Virus record (IMG/VR): IMGVR_UViG_2534682025_000001
Coordinates: 1 to 64,000 of that record
Reading direction: 5' to 3' (one strand)
Source of the DNA: a virus
Taxonomy: Duplodnaviria; Caudoviricetes
Length of the DNA stretch: 64,000 nt
Positions within the stretch are counted from its first letter, which is position 1. Every line of letters starts with the position of its first letter. The notes beneath the pieces are model-generated. The model had not been told where the DNA came from and ran no database searches. It was given only the letters and a program-made list of their open reading frames with translations. Of the stretch, positions 9,101 through 18,691 are shown one piece after another. Made by a program: the position numbers and the translations under genes.

Positions 9101-10640
9101 GATCCAGAGTAATGACTTTGCGATCAGCGCTGACAGCAGAAATACGCCCACCATTGGCACGACCTGCGAATAACTCGTCTGCAATTTCAATCACGCGCCC
9201 TGGTTGTGGAATATAGCCATCTAAGCCGACTTTAAAAGATACAGTGCGAGTTTCTAGTTGCTCAGACTTTAACGCCCAAAGACCTGCACGTTGCGCCTGA
9301 CCTTCCGATGTACAGCCCCATGCGTCAATCTCAGCAATACGCACACCGAGCTTTGCAATAGCTGCTTCATCACGCACATAGACATACTCTGTCTTATAGT
9401 GGTTTGCAGGGTTATCCCATGCAACCTTAGCAACTGTGTGACGGTCACGCGCACGTGTGCCTGTGTATTCAAACAGCCCCTCGATAACATTGGCACGGGT
9501 ATAAGTGAAGTAAGTATCTTGCGGAATATCCGCATCACAGACAATGGAGTTTCCATCCCAATAACTGATGGCACGGAATACACCAGCGAGTTTACTTAGA
9601 ATGGTATAAGCATCTTCGGTTGATTGCAGATACACATTACAAGTAAAACGCGGCTCCTGACCGCCTTTGCCGTCATCTACAAGCTGATCACAATATTGTG
9701 CCAGGCGATATAAAGACCATTTATCTAGCATTGCAGAGGTTAATCGATCACCCAATGCATAGCGTTTCGCGGTGCAAATATCGTAATAAATCCATGCCGG
9801 GTTATTGGTATAAGCGCGTTTAAATGTACCGTCCCACATGCCTGCATAGGTACGTGCAACAGGGTCATAATTTGATGGAACCTGAAGCTTAATCCCTTTT
9901 AGATCAACTGCGACTTTTGCCACATTGGAAAAGGTTTCAGCATCATATTGCAGACCGAGCATAGCGGTATTCGGGTAGCTTAACTTTAGGTCGATGACTT
10001 CTGTTAGTGCATCCACATACATCTTGTCGCTGATATATTCTGATGTTGAATTAGGTGTCAATCGACGCACGCGAACTGTCCAGCCAGTATCAGACTTTGG
10101 CAAATCAATCCGGTGTGAACGCTCATAGTTTGCGGAAGTTTTATCAGCGATTTGAGTATTTAAAACCTCAGTCCATGTGCCGCGATCAGTTTGTAGATCA
10201 ATCGCATACTGAATGACGATGCCTTTTACATCACCATTTTCAGCATTCTGCTGACGCAATGGCCCCCATTTAAAGCGCAAACGGATTGCATCCAGATCAG
10301 TATTAGTCAGTGAGCGAACCCAAGGCGATTCAGACTTCAGCTCCACATTGATTGCGGTTTCAGAGGAGATATCTGGAAAGCCTTCGATGTGGGTCTGGTC
10401 ATTGGTGCCATGGCGAAAATCAGCCTGAATATCTTCAAAGTTCCAGCCACCAGCCGGATTTTGTAGCGGTGTCTCTTCCAGATAAACCGATTGCAAGCCA
10501 CTGGCTAGACCTTCCACCTCCCCCTCAGACAGCCCGTACAGGATTTTTATATAGGTTTTTGACTGAGCTGAGTCTGGTGCAATTACCGCTTTTCTTGCCT
10601 TGCCTTCACCTGCTTTTGCGCCTTTAATTACTGCGTTCAT
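6162..10640 (-). CDS. Tail tip / host specificity protein (lambda J-like)
   Basis: 1492 aa; J-like N-terminus (YTNNPAWIYYD, EPRFTCN), fibronectin-like domains, coiled coil, His-box C-terminus. Confidence 0.92.
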   Translation of the reverse strand: MNAVIKGAKAGEGKARKAVIAPDSAQSKTYIKILYGLSEGEVEGLASGLQSVYLEETPLQNPAGGWNFEDIQADFRHGTNDQTHIEGFPDISSETAINVELKSESPWVRSLTNTDLDAIRLRFKWGPLRQQNAENGDVKGIVIQYAIDLQTDRGTWTEVLNTQIADKTSANYERSHRIDLPKSDTGWTVRVRRLTPNSTSEYISDKMYVDALTEVIDLKLSYPNTAMLGLQYDAETFSNVAKVAVDLKGIKLQVPSNYDPVARTYAGMWDGTFKRAYTNNPAWIYYDICTAKRYALGDRLTSAMLDKWSLYRLAQYCDQLVDDGKGGQEPRFTCNVYLQSTEDAYTILSKLAGVFRAISYWDGNSIVCDADIPQDTYFTYTRANVIEGLFEYTGTRARDRHTVAKVAWDNPANHYKTEYVYVRDEAAIAKLGVRIAEIDAWGCTSEGQAQRAGLWALKSEQLETRTVSFKVGLDGYIPQPGRVIEIADELFAGRANGGRISAVSADRKVITLDRDDVVCRAGDRLVVNGEDGKAQGRIVSSVNGRNIIVTTAFDAVAAENVWAVDAQDLKTMKFRVMSITQDDKHQFSITGLQYESAKYDAIDFGAFIDERPISIINPTIQAPVESVSITSETMVQQGLSVETMIIAWPQAIGATKYQVEWRKDDGTWIKLPITGNNSAEVSGIYAGNYEARVTAISAFDIASLPTYSILTALTGKQGLPPALANLSATGILFGYRLNWNFPAVGALDTAYTEIEISSTANGANAAQLGLFAYPTDTHVIQGMQPNLTRYFRGRLIDRIGNVGPWSARVSATTSADASAVLDILSGKITELQLHQDLQTKIDKIDTIAGLDGDIGNLIDNITAVQTQADQLNTALNQETQQRISAVQDLDDGLTQEIEDRQSGDTANLNALNNYKSSNDQALANVQQQVNTAVTATSANTQAVQALDSRVTTTEGNANTAKTNAATALNKAETATTQAGSAASLASQASAIANQAADTADTANQTAATALSTANVAATQSGANATRLDAITLELGNKASTGALSQTDAKVAEHEGKISANTTKIDGVYAQVNPKLIGSTEDLIGSTEGFAGTWTLQSAMIENDMALSQRIDTTVAQIGDNTALIQAEAIARADADNALSQTINTVQSSVGQNTASIQEVVQSVSGLYAQKYIKLDVNGKVAGWGGANDGKESNFILNFDSFAIGSGNSTGYYPFIFRNTPFTDPVTGTVFPVSAYLRSAMMDYQSVKTSHIEDLAVKTAKIANLAVDTLKIKDNAVTVPVSAFAEAAIQVGAGYTTIQTLYVPADMGHTILTFGAVFSFNSFDTKQQILCRVLKNGNVVFENLEVFYLESNTVGKTTSLSGSHSHGVSVSFSGNTSNEGSHSHSVSVSGNTGSTNAGGTFHSHSFSDSAGTNSAGTHSHSFNVNSSSFTSAADPGHTHSVNIDNQSRGAGTMNISRHDSTGIAGTFQLQLIAVTGGNISVSQRYIHAMTMRK

Positions 10641-10694
10641 ACTTTTCCTTAGACAATAAAAAAGGCGCTTATTGCGCCTGTGTTTTTTAAATAT

Positions 10695-11276
10695 TTACAT
10701 TAAATCTTCTGGATACTGTCCAGCACTTGCGATAAAACCACCAACCTCACGCTGACCGTAAAGCACTGGCACTGGATTGCCTTGCGCTACTGTGGTGACT
10801 GCGCCACCAAAGCCCTTGTTTGCCTTGTTGCCGTCTTGGTTCTGGTCTTGGTTTTCAATCTTTGGCATCAACATCATTGCAATACCACCGACCATCATAC
10901 CGACACCCGCACCAATTAATGCAGCACCAACCGCACCCGCCGAACCAAAGGACATACCAGTCACAACAATACCCACAACCACTAGCACAGCGCCAAGAAT
11001 GGTTTGAACTGCACCACCTGCACCCTTTACTTTCGGAACAACCTTAATCACCTTGGCACTGGTGCTCATGTCGAGTTCGGTTTCAGAAATATTTTGCTTA
11101 TCCTGAAAAACGGCAAACTCCAAGCCTTGCTCATGTGCATGTAGCATGAAGTGTTCAAAGCCTTGCACTTGCACTGATAAAGCCCGCATGGCTTCACGGG
11201 TATTATCAACAGCTAAATGAAACTCTTTGCCGAACTTCTTGGCTAAAATGCCGTAAAGTCTAATTGTTTTGAGCAT
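10695..11276 (-). CDS. Tail assembly protein (lambda I-like)
   Basis: MLKTIRLYG... and AQGNPVPVLYG motif; start moved to MLKT by comparison with prophage 2. Confidence 0.88.
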   Translation of the reverse strand: MLKTIRLYGILAKKFGKEFHLAVDNTREAMRALSVQVQGFEHFMLHAHEQGLEFAVFQDKQNISETELDMSTSAKVIKVVPKVKGAGGAVQTILGAVLVVVGIVVTGMSFGSAGAVGAALIGAGVGMMVGGIAMMLMPKIENQDQNQDGNKANKGFGGAVTTVAQGNPVPVLYGQREVGGFIASAGQYPEDLM

Positions 11277-12012
11277 ATCGAACCACCTTTGCAACTCGTT
11301 CTTGCCACTGTGAACCAAACACTTCACGCACTGATTTGCGGCCATACGGATGATGTAAAATGATTGATGAGCCTACACACGATTCTGTTTGTTCGGACTT
11401 CAATTCAGTCTGATCTCCAAGCCAAATCACGGCATGGTTTACATGCTCAGTGCGTCCAACACGGCACAGCAGCACATCACCGTATTGCATGTCGCTCACC
11501 TCAACAAAGCCAGCTTCACCAAAGCCATCCAGATACAGTGATTTGTTCTCTTTGGATTCCCACCACAAATCCTGTCGTTCAAAGTCAATTAACTTGATAT
11601 CTAGTTCACGCTGATAAAAATCACGCACGATTGAATAGCAGTCTTGTATGCCGTGAATATAGTTGCGACCCACCAATGGCGCTTTATATCCGTATGGCTC
11701 ATAGACCTGAAATTCAATATCAGGATAAGCACAGATTACCCATGGCTTTTCATGCAATTCGATCTGAATTAAATCAATCTCAGACGCACGTGCAGAAGCA
11801 TTCGGATGTGAATGTACATAGGCTTGAATCTCGCCTAAATCCTCTGCTGCTGCTAAATCCTCGTGATGAATTTCAAACTGGTCTTTATTGTCTGAAATAT
11901 TGCGGCACGGAATGTATTCTTTACCGACAATCACGCCACAGCACTCATCTGGGTAAACTTCAGCAGCATGTGTCTGGATTGCTTTTTTAAGTTTTGCGGT
12001 TAGTTTCATCAC
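11260..12012 (-). CDS. Tail assembly protein (lambda K-like; JAB + NlpC/P60)
   Basis: YPDECCG, VHSHP, DCYSIVRD and NHAVIWLG motifs. Confidence 0.9.
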   Translation of the reverse strand: MMKLTAKLKKAIQTHAAEVYPDECCGVIVGKEYIPCRNISDNKDQFEIHHEDLAAAEDLGEIQAYVHSHPNASARASEIDLIQIELHEKPWVICAYPDIEFQVYEPYGYKAPLVGRNYIHGIQDCYSIVRDFYQRELDIKLIDFERQDLWWESKENKSLYLDGFGEAGFVEVSDMQYGDVLLCRVGRTEHVNHAVIWLGDQTELKSEQTESCVGSSIILHHPYGRKSVREVFGSQWQERVAKVVRYAQNN

Positions 12013-12806
12013 ATTAAACTCGACGCTGGAAAGCCACCAAAGCAGATTTCATTATTGCGAATACGGCATGAAGATAAACGGCCAGAACAGCGATCTAGCG
12101 CAGGGTTATCTGTTGGCTCATCCTTATCAGTAAACATCGCTGCACCTGTAAATTGACACGATTCACCCCTATATTCGCCCATCGCGCACCAGTGGCAGTA
12201 ATTAGAAATCTGCCGAACTGGTATTTTCAGACCCTCAAAATCAATTGGATTCGATAGCTCAAATGTTACTGCGTTGGCATTTTCGGAAGTCTTTTGTTCG
12301 ATGTACCAAAGCTGCTCTTTTGCTTCGTTTGATGCAGAGGAGTTGCCCTCACTAAAGTTTTCAGCATCAAGGTACTTGGCAAGCGTGGTAATAACTTTGA
12401 GCTTCGCGCCTGCGAAGTCACCAAACTGTAAACAGTAAGCAGATACAGCACCTTGCAGCCCACCAATATTGTTCACCATGCTAAAAGTGGGAGCGGAAGC
12501 TTTACCATCTGAACGCATCTCTAAACCTGATACTTCAAGCGCCATGGGTTCAAATGTTTGACCTTGCCAGATGATATTTCTGAACCATGTTTTTTCATTG
12601 CCCTGCTCGAACACTTCACCAATGAGTTGGGTGGTATCACCCATCAAACCATCAGAGCCAATTAAGCTGTAAATACGCTCCCAATCTTCATAAGAAATAT
12701 GACCATGAAAACGCAAAATGCCCGCACCTAAAGCACGAGCATCTAGTTCAAACAGCGTGATCAGACCATCTACATACAGCTTTTGAAAATCACTGTTCAG
12801 TGTCAT
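12009..12806 (-). CDS. Minor tail protein L
   Basis: CHWC...YRGESCQF...DRCSGRLSSC...FGGFP Fe-S signature. Confidence 0.9.
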   Translation of the reverse strand: MTLNSDFQKLYVDGLITLFELDARALGAGILRFHGHISYEDWERIYSLIGSDGLMGDTTQLIGEVFEQGNEKTWFRNIIWQGQTFEPMALEVSGLEMRSDGKASAPTFSMVNNIGGLQGAVSAYCLQFGDFAGAKLKVITTLAKYLDAENFSEGNSSASNEAKEQLWYIEQKTSENANAVTFELSNPIDFEGLKIPVRQISNYCHWCAMGEYRGESCQFTGAAMFTDKDEPTDNPALDRCSGRLSSCRIRNNEICFGGFPASSLM

Positions 12807-13785
12807 TGTATGACTCCATTACTGTAGCAACCGCTTCAGCCAAGCCAGTAGGTTGAAAGTCAGGTGGTGTAATTGATTCAGGTTCTTCAATTTCAGGTTG
12901 CGGAAGCTCTTGCAAGCGCAAGTCAACCCAACGGTTTTCGTTAATATCCACCGGATTATCAAGATCAGCAACAATAGACACTGTTTCAAAATCAAACTTT
13001 TTCTTATATGTTTTTACTGAGATATCGCCATTTTCCAGTGTTGTATAAATTACTGAAAACAACACATTACCGTTTGCGTCTTTCGGGGTTTCAACATACC
13101 AGCCTTCTTGCGCGAAACCTGATGAGCCTTTGATCAAGTAATCGCCAACGCCTAATTTTTCAAACTCGATATTCTGCTGTTGTGCTTCGTAGTTGAGTTC
13201 AATTTTATCTGCAAATAATTGAACAATTGGAGATGCCGCTTTGACAAAACCATTTGCGTCAACTGTTGTGTTTCCACTTGAGTAGAGCTTAAACCAAGAA
13301 CCCATAGATGAAGTGCCATTGCGTCTTCTGAAGTAGATATTGCCATCATTCAGCGTATCTCTTGTAGCCATCTGAAAGACCCTGTGAGATGCGCTTGTTC
13401 CTCCAGAATTACTTTGAATAACATGACCCCATGAAAGGTCTACACCAGCAGGGAAGGTTCCCGCAATTCCACCGTTGGATGATGCTATACAAGGCTCGGT
13501 AGAAGTATCTATATTAATGGGCGGCGCTAATCCAAGACCGTTCGTCAAGAGTGCCTGAGTTGCTGCCGTACCTAAGCCTAAATTTGTACGTGCTGCTGCT
13601 GCTGTGGTTGCACCTGTACCTCCTTTACTTATTGGAAGTGCAGCAGGCAATACTCCTTGAGCTGTTGCACCCAATTGGCTGTAAAGCTCATCATCATTCG
13701 CCTGTAGTTTTGCTGAACCTGATCGGAACGTGTCACCGCCTGCGCCTGTAGGTGCTGTACCTGGATTAATTGTTTGTTTAGCCAT
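12790..13785 (-). CDS. Short tail fibre-like protein
   Basis: MAKQTINPGTAPTGAGGDT N-terminus, GGTGATTAAAARTNLGLG fibre repeat, NTTVDANGFVKAASP C-terminal domain. Confidence 0.75.
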   Translation of the reverse strand: MAKQTINPGTAPTGAGGDTFRSGSAKLQANDDELYSQLGATAQGVLPAALPISKGGTGATTAAAARTNLGLGTAATQALLTNGLGLAPPINIDTSTEPCIASSNGGIAGTFPAGVDLSWGHVIQSNSGGTSASHRVFQMATRDTLNDGNIYFRRRNGTSSMGSWFKLYSSGNTTVDANGFVKAASPIVQLFADKIELNYEAQQQNIEFEKLGVGDYLIKGSSGFAQEGWYVETPKDANGNVLFSVIYTTLENGDISVKTYKKKFDFETVSIVADLDNPVDINENRWVDLRLQELPQPEIEEPESITPPDFQPTGLAEAVATVMESYNDTEQ

Positions 13786-13837
13786 AATTTACGCCCACAA
13801 AAAAGCCCCAACATGTGGGGCATAAAATTGATTGAAG

Positions 13838-14179
13838 TTAAGGTTTAAAGTCTTGGGTGAAAGTGGTGGAGATGGACCAGATACCACCGCCTAAACTGAC
13901 TGGCATATAATCCCCTGCGACTACACGAACCTCGCCATCTAGCGGTGAATCCCAAAGGAAAGAATCAGCGCCTTTGTGTGCATCAAAAAAGGCCTTGATC
14001 TCTTGTATCAAAGCCTTCTTGCCAGTTTTTTTGTATGCCCATGTGCCTGACCTATTGTTAATCCCTACACTTGTTCGCTGTGTGTATCCATCGCCAAAAC
14101 TGGACTTAAGAACCTTAAAGCTTGATGTTTGTGAGTTGCCATCTAGGTCATTGCACCAGGTGAATTTTTGATTGCTCAT
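13838..14179 (-). CDS. Minor tail protein M
   Basis: FGDGYTQR...GINN and FLW motifs; follows the tape measure gene. Confidence 0.85.
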   Translation of the reverse strand: MSNQKFTWCNDLDGNSQTSSFKVLKSSFGDGYTQRTSVGINNRSGTWAYKKTGKKALIQEIKAFFDAHKGADSFLWDSPLDGEVRVVAGDYMPVSLGGGIWSISTTFTQDFKP

Positions 14180-16704
14180 TTAGATAATAGGCCTCCTTGA
14201 CGTTGCTCTTGTCGAATCACCGTACGAACTGCATTACCAATCATCTGACCAAGTTGCTTCTGATCTGACTGATTGGATTGTGTTGTTACACCTGAATCGG
14301 TGACATGAACAGTGATATTTACATCGCCCGAACCAGAGCCATTCGCAAGATAGTTCTTCAAGTCAGCATTCGTCCGACTATCCACAACACGTTCCCCCTT
14401 ATCTAGCAGCCATGTGCCTTCTTTCGGGATATTGTCGATACCGTCGTGGGCCATACCTGCAATGGTTTGACCGGCGATTAGGCCAACTGATGCATAGCCC
14501 ATACCGCGAACCAAAGTAGATGCTGGAATACCTAGAATTGGGCCAAGCTCTAGCGCTCTTGTTGCAGCCAACTCTGTGCTAATAATAGCCTGACCAATCG
14601 CAATTGCTTGCTGCATTAAGAACATGGCCTTATAAGCGCCTGACTGCTCTCCCGCACTGTCCTTGACCATTTGAGTCATAGATCCCCAAACGGTTCCGGC
14701 TTGCGAGAGAAGCATTCCGTAGACCTCTAGCTTATCCTCATAATTTTGGACTTCTAAATCCTTGACTCTTTCATGATAATCAACATCAATGGCAGCCATT
14801 CCATCACGGTATTCTTGATGCGCTTCCAGTAATGCATCGTAACGCTCATCGTCAGTCGAATAAGCATCACTGGTCATGATGTCCTGCTCGACTCTGACGC
14901 GCTCACTCTTCAAACCCAGTTGAGAATTTGAGCGATCATTTTCCAGTGACCAGCGATCATAGTCTTGCGGCGACATTGTTGCTTGAGCAAAGATTTCATC
15001 AGCTCCATAAGAAAGGCCTTTAATACTTTCTCGCATGGTTTGTTGTACGTTTTGAGCATGGAAGCGAGCTTTTTGAAGCTCGATAGCATATTGCTCATCG
15101 AGGGCTTTGAGTTTTAATTGCTTAAGCTCATCATTATATTTGCCAGACTCATTTACAATAATTCGCTGAGTCTCATAAAAATAATCAAGCTTCTGCTCTT
15201 CAGACCACTTAAAGGTATTAATTTCCTCAGTGATCTGGCGAAGATACATCTCCTCTTCATACTCATAACGAGCTTTTGCTTTGGCTAGATATTCAGATTC
15301 TTGTGGCCCGAAATTGGCTTTTTGAATTTCCTCAAGTTCGCGTTTAAGATCAACAGAGAATTTCGCAAAATCATCCATGTAATCATACGAGATTGCGTCA
15401 CGCGCCCGGGCTTGCTCTTCGAGCAACCTGTTTAATTCTTGCTGAGCCTTATTGTTTTCCTTGGTGGCTTTGGCTGCTTCGTTTTGTTTTTTAATCCACT
15501 CATCCGAGCCTTTGGTTACACCAGCCTGACTGTTTTGGATTTTTGCCATAGCAGAAACAGACTGATTAACAGCATCGTTATAAATACGATTAATAGAGTT
15601 TGCTACATCATCGGCAACCTGAGCATTATCTTGAGCCGCCATCTGGACAGGGCTGTCTTTATTAACTTGAGCATTTGTGGCACCCAAAATAAATGCCTTG
15701 GTAATTTTAACACCCGGCAATTTATCAAAAAAACTTCCGCCTTCCGCAGCTTTATCAACCATCTGTTTTGATTGCGCAGCCTGAGCAGCAAGACCAGCGA
15801 TGCTATTGGTGAGCATCTTAACGACCGCATAAACCCCCATGCCGGTTGCAGCCACACCCTTAAATACCTCACCAAGCGTTTCGCCAGCATCTGACATTAA
15901 GTTGGTTTGCAATGTAGCATCAGAAAGACCGTCGCCAACCGACACAAGTGCAGGCATCAAACCTTGAATAAATTGATTTTTAACGCCTTGCACCTGAAGA
16001 TTAAGCAAATCCATTTGAACACGAAGCTCATTTGCTTTTTCTATGGCGTGCTCGTCCATGATTACACCAGCGCGTTCAGCAGCATCAGCCCAATATTCAA
16101 AACCTTTACCACCATCTCTTAAGAGCGGGATAAGGTTGGTTGTATCAGATGCCATGCTTTCTAAATAGAAAGACATTTGTTGCTGAGTAACGCCTGCTTC
16201 TTCAAGTTTATCTACATAAAGTTGTAGCGCTTTAGGGCCGGAAAGATTCTGCATTTCAAGCGCTAGTTTTCGTGCAGCCTCTGCCGAACCCTCTGTTTTA
16301 ATCGCGATCTGCTCAAAGAAATCAACTGCACCGCCGGAACCAATGGTAATAAACTCACCCAACTTTTCATTAAAGTCTTTTAACTGGTCAGATAGCTTTT
16401 CCGAGCTGATCCCCATGGTCTCAGCGCCCACAGCCATTCTCTGAAATTCTTGTGTTGTTGTATTTGAGATGGAAGCAAAAGTCTGTAGCTCACGAGCGGC
16501 ATTTGCATATTCGTTTGCCATGGCAAGCACACCAGCACCTACAGCCGCAGCGCCTGAGACAGCTATTGCACCATAGGTTAGTACGCTTTTTTTCATCGCA
16601 TCAAAACTGGTTACGGTTTGTTTTTCTGCCGTTTTAATTGGCGCTGTAAAGCCAGCGGTTCTGGTTACCAGATCAAGGGTTAATGTTCCCAGTTTTGTGC
16701 TCAT
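14176..16704 (-). CDS. Tape measure protein
   Basis: LGTLTLDL N-terminus, helical Ala/Gln-rich body, MAHDG...GERV C-terminus. Confidence 0.9.
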   Translation of the reverse strand: MSTKLGTLTLDLVTRTAGFTAPIKTAEKQTVTSFDAMKKSVLTYGAIAVSGAAAVGAGVLAMANEYANAARELQTFASISNTTTQEFQRMAVGAETMGISSEKLSDQLKDFNEKLGEFITIGSGGAVDFFEQIAIKTEGSAEAARKLALEMQNLSGPKALQLYVDKLEEAGVTQQQMSFYLESMASDTTNLIPLLRDGGKGFEYWADAAERAGVIMDEHAIEKANELRVQMDLLNLQVQGVKNQFIQGLMPALVSVGDGLSDATLQTNLMSDAGETLGEVFKGVAATGMGVYAVVKMLTNSIAGLAAQAAQSKQMVDKAAEGGSFFDKLPGVKITKAFILGATNAQVNKDSPVQMAAQDNAQVADDVANSINRIYNDAVNQSVSAMAKIQNSQAGVTKGSDEWIKKQNEAAKATKENNKAQQELNRLLEEQARARDAISYDYMDDFAKFSVDLKRELEEIQKANFGPQESEYLAKAKARYEYEEEMYLRQITEEINTFKWSEEQKLDYFYETQRIIVNESGKYNDELKQLKLKALDEQYAIELQKARFHAQNVQQTMRESIKGLSYGADEIFAQATMSPQDYDRWSLENDRSNSQLGLKSERVRVEQDIMTSDAYSTDDERYDALLEAHQEYRDGMAAIDVDYHERVKDLEVQNYEDKLEVYGMLLSQAGTVWGSMTQMVKDSAGEQSGAYKAMFLMQQAIAIGQAIISTELAATRALELGPILGIPASTLVRGMGYASVGLIAGQTIAGMAHDGIDNIPKEGTWLLDKGERVVDSRTNADLKNYLANGSGSGDVNITVHVTDSGVTTQSNQSDQKQLGQMIGNAVRTVIRQEQRQGGLLSK

Positions 16705-16766
16705 ATAAAACCTCAGGCAATAAAAAAGCGCCCTTTCGGACGCTTTGCTGTTTATCTTCTATGTAA

Positions 16767-17420
16767 TTAATTCCATTCCAAGCCACTTACATCAAATGTA
16801 AACTGCTTTTTCCCTTGCTGATAAAAGGGCACTTCAATTACTAATTTTTTGCTATTTTTCAGCTGGCTTATAATTTTACTTTCGGTTTTATCATAAGCAA
16901 CAAACAGCAAGTCTGAAGCGTGACTATCAGGCTCAGACATGGTTATTGATTGCACTGCGCCATCATCGAATTTAAAGGCAGCCTCGCAATTTTGTATTCC
17001 GCAAAGAATTTGACCCTTGGTGATGCTCACCATCACATCAACTTCTGATCCGCGCTTTCTTAAAGCCAGTATCAACTTTGATCCACCGTTGTATGGAAAG
17101 TCAAAATCAACCGTATTGGTACTAACTGTGGTTGCAAATCTAGATTCAATCCCTCGCATCTCATCTTTGGATGCTTCGTATTGCCAATTTTTTGGTTTTA
17201 CATTTTCCGATTCTGTTGCTTGAGTTGTCGACACTACCCCTGATGATGTGCTAGGCGTCTTATCGGAATACATCCAAATTATGGCAGCTAATCCCAAAAT
17301 ACACACACATACCCAAGTTAAAACACTAGTTTCCTTTGGCTGTTTTGCACCACACATTGGGCAACCTTCAGCCTTATCACTTACCGGCGCACCGCATTCC
17401 TTGCAAGGCTTTATAGCCAT
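16767..17420 (-). CDS. Zinc-ribbon + TM + periplasmic domain moron protein
   Basis: CKECG...CPMCG followed by a TM helix; lies between the chaperone and tape measure genes and is followed by its own terminator. Confidence 0.65.
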   Translation of the reverse strand: MAIKPCKECGAPVSDKAEGCPMCGAKQPKETSVLTWVCVCILGLAAIIWMYSDKTPSTSSGVVSTTQATESENVKPKNWQYEASKDEMRGIESRFATTVSTNTVDFDFPYNGGSKLILALRKRGSEVDVMVSITKGQILCGIQNCEAAFKFDDGAVQSITMSEPDSHASDLLFVAYDKTESKIISQLKNSKKLVIEVPFYQQGKKQFTFDVSGLEWN

Positions 17421-17484
17421 AACTCACCCCGAATATTAATTATTCAAGACAAGATACTAATTATTAGGTGAAAAAGAAACCAAG

Positions 17485-17811
17485 CTAACCTGATTTCTTC
17501 TTAATGGCTAACATCCGCTCTTCTTCAAAAGTTAGCTCTGGAACTTTCTCATGCGGCATAAATACGCGAGCATCAACACGCTTGTCTTCTTCAACCTTGC
17601 CATTAAAATAAAGCGCGTATAAGTTACCCGCGCCCTGCTCTATGCGTCGGCCCATGTTAAATGAGCCGTATTTATGGCGATATGCCTGCCAGACCCTTAG
17701 TTCTTTTGGAGTGATTTTCTTTTTGGCTTGCTCAATGGTTCTTCCACCGATTCCGTTGAGGACGAGTTCACACCAGAGCTCGTGCTCTTCAACTTCAATT
17801 TGTTCTTTCCC
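17485..17811 (-). CDS. Tail assembly chaperone frameshift extension (gpT-like, -1 frame)
   Basis: GGGAAAG at 17805-17811; the -1 frame reads EQIEVEEHELWCELVLNGIGGRTI...KYGSFNMGRRIE...KKSG*. Confidence 0.8.
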   Translation of the reverse strand, partial: GKEQIEVEEHELWCELVLNGIGGRTIEQAKKKITPKELRVWQAYRHKYGSFNMGRRIEQGAGNLYALYFNGKVEEDKRVDARVFMPHEKVPELTFEEERMLAIKKKSG

Positions 17812-18146
17812 AAAAAATCATTCACTTCATTCGAAGCATCATGAATCGCACCAATAATGGCTGGGTGAAGGTTTCCAACTTCTTCAATCGTAGAGCACAG
17901 CGGCTTCTTCGTATCCGCATTAAAGACCGTAAGCAAAACCCGACGCTTCACAACATCCGCGACAGTGATTTTTTCAGGATCTTCACCTTTAAACATATTC
18001 GTCACTTCATCGTAACTCAATGCTTTAACCAAAATATCTACTTCAAACTCTTCATCATTAATAATGAATTTCGGAGATTTTGGAGATAAGTCAGATAGGG
18101 CTGTGCTTGAGAGTGCTAAAAGTTCAGATGTATTTAACTTAGCCAC
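17697..18146 (-). CDS. Tail assembly chaperone (gpG-like)
   Basis: Follows the major tail gene; LGK at the slippery site. Confidence 0.8.
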   Translation of the reverse strand: MAKLNTSELLALSSTALSDLSPKSPKFIINDEEFEVDILVKALSYDEVTNMFKGEDPEKITVADVVKRRVLLTVFNADTKKPLCSTIEEVGNLHPAIIGAIHDASNEVNDFLGKNKLKLKSTSSGVNSSSTESVEEPLSKPKRKSLQKN

Positions 18147-18624
18147 CTGTCACCACCTTAAATTCATCAGTTACTTCAGTTTGGCGTTTCATTGGAATGG
18201 TGTGATTTACCAGCGCATCAGCATTAAATACCGGTGAGCCTTTGCGCAGAATTGCACGGAAAGATGACCATGTACGATCTTCTGGGAGTGTCACGGTATT
18301 TCCGGAAACTGTTGGTGCAGATTCACCATCAGACCAGCCCACATGAACACCTACTTCTGCACGCTCAGCCGCAAGCTGCAGTAAGGTCATGTGAGTTGCG
18401 TTTTTAGGATCAGTATCAATCTGGATTGAACCTTCACCCGGTGTAGTTAAACCCCAATCCGAAGTTGCTGTGGTTTCTTCTTCCAGACAGGTTGTACTGA
18501 TTTCAGTAGTACTGTCATCGCCAAGCACTAGAGCTTTGATGCAGTTCATTTTTGTTAGTGTTGGAGTATCGCCATGTAAAATCCATACATGCGTACCCTG
18601 AGATAAAACACCTTTCTTCGCCAT
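18139..18624 (-). CDS. Major tail tube protein
   Basis: SQGT...TTCLEE...GLTTPG...VGWSDG motifs and gene position. Confidence 0.8.
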   Translation of the reverse strand: MAKKGVLSQGTHVWILHGDTPTLTKMNCIKALVLGDDSTTEISTTCLEEETTATSDWGLTTPGEGSIQIDTDPKNATHMTLLQLAAERAEVGVHVGWSDGESAPTVSGNTVTLPEDRTWSSFRAILRKGSPVFNADALVNHTIPMKRQTEVTDEFKVVTGG

Positions 18625-18691
18625 GAGTAGCTACTCCTCAATTTTAGGCATAAAAAAAGCACCCGGTTGGGTGCTATGTGGAAAATTCTTT

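Noticed and set aside
8886-9599. Antisense and alternative-frame ORFs in J, including one conserved at 48698-49003
   Set aside because: Conservation follows from the shared J sequence; no independent coding signal. The same applies to most short overlapping ORFs in the track
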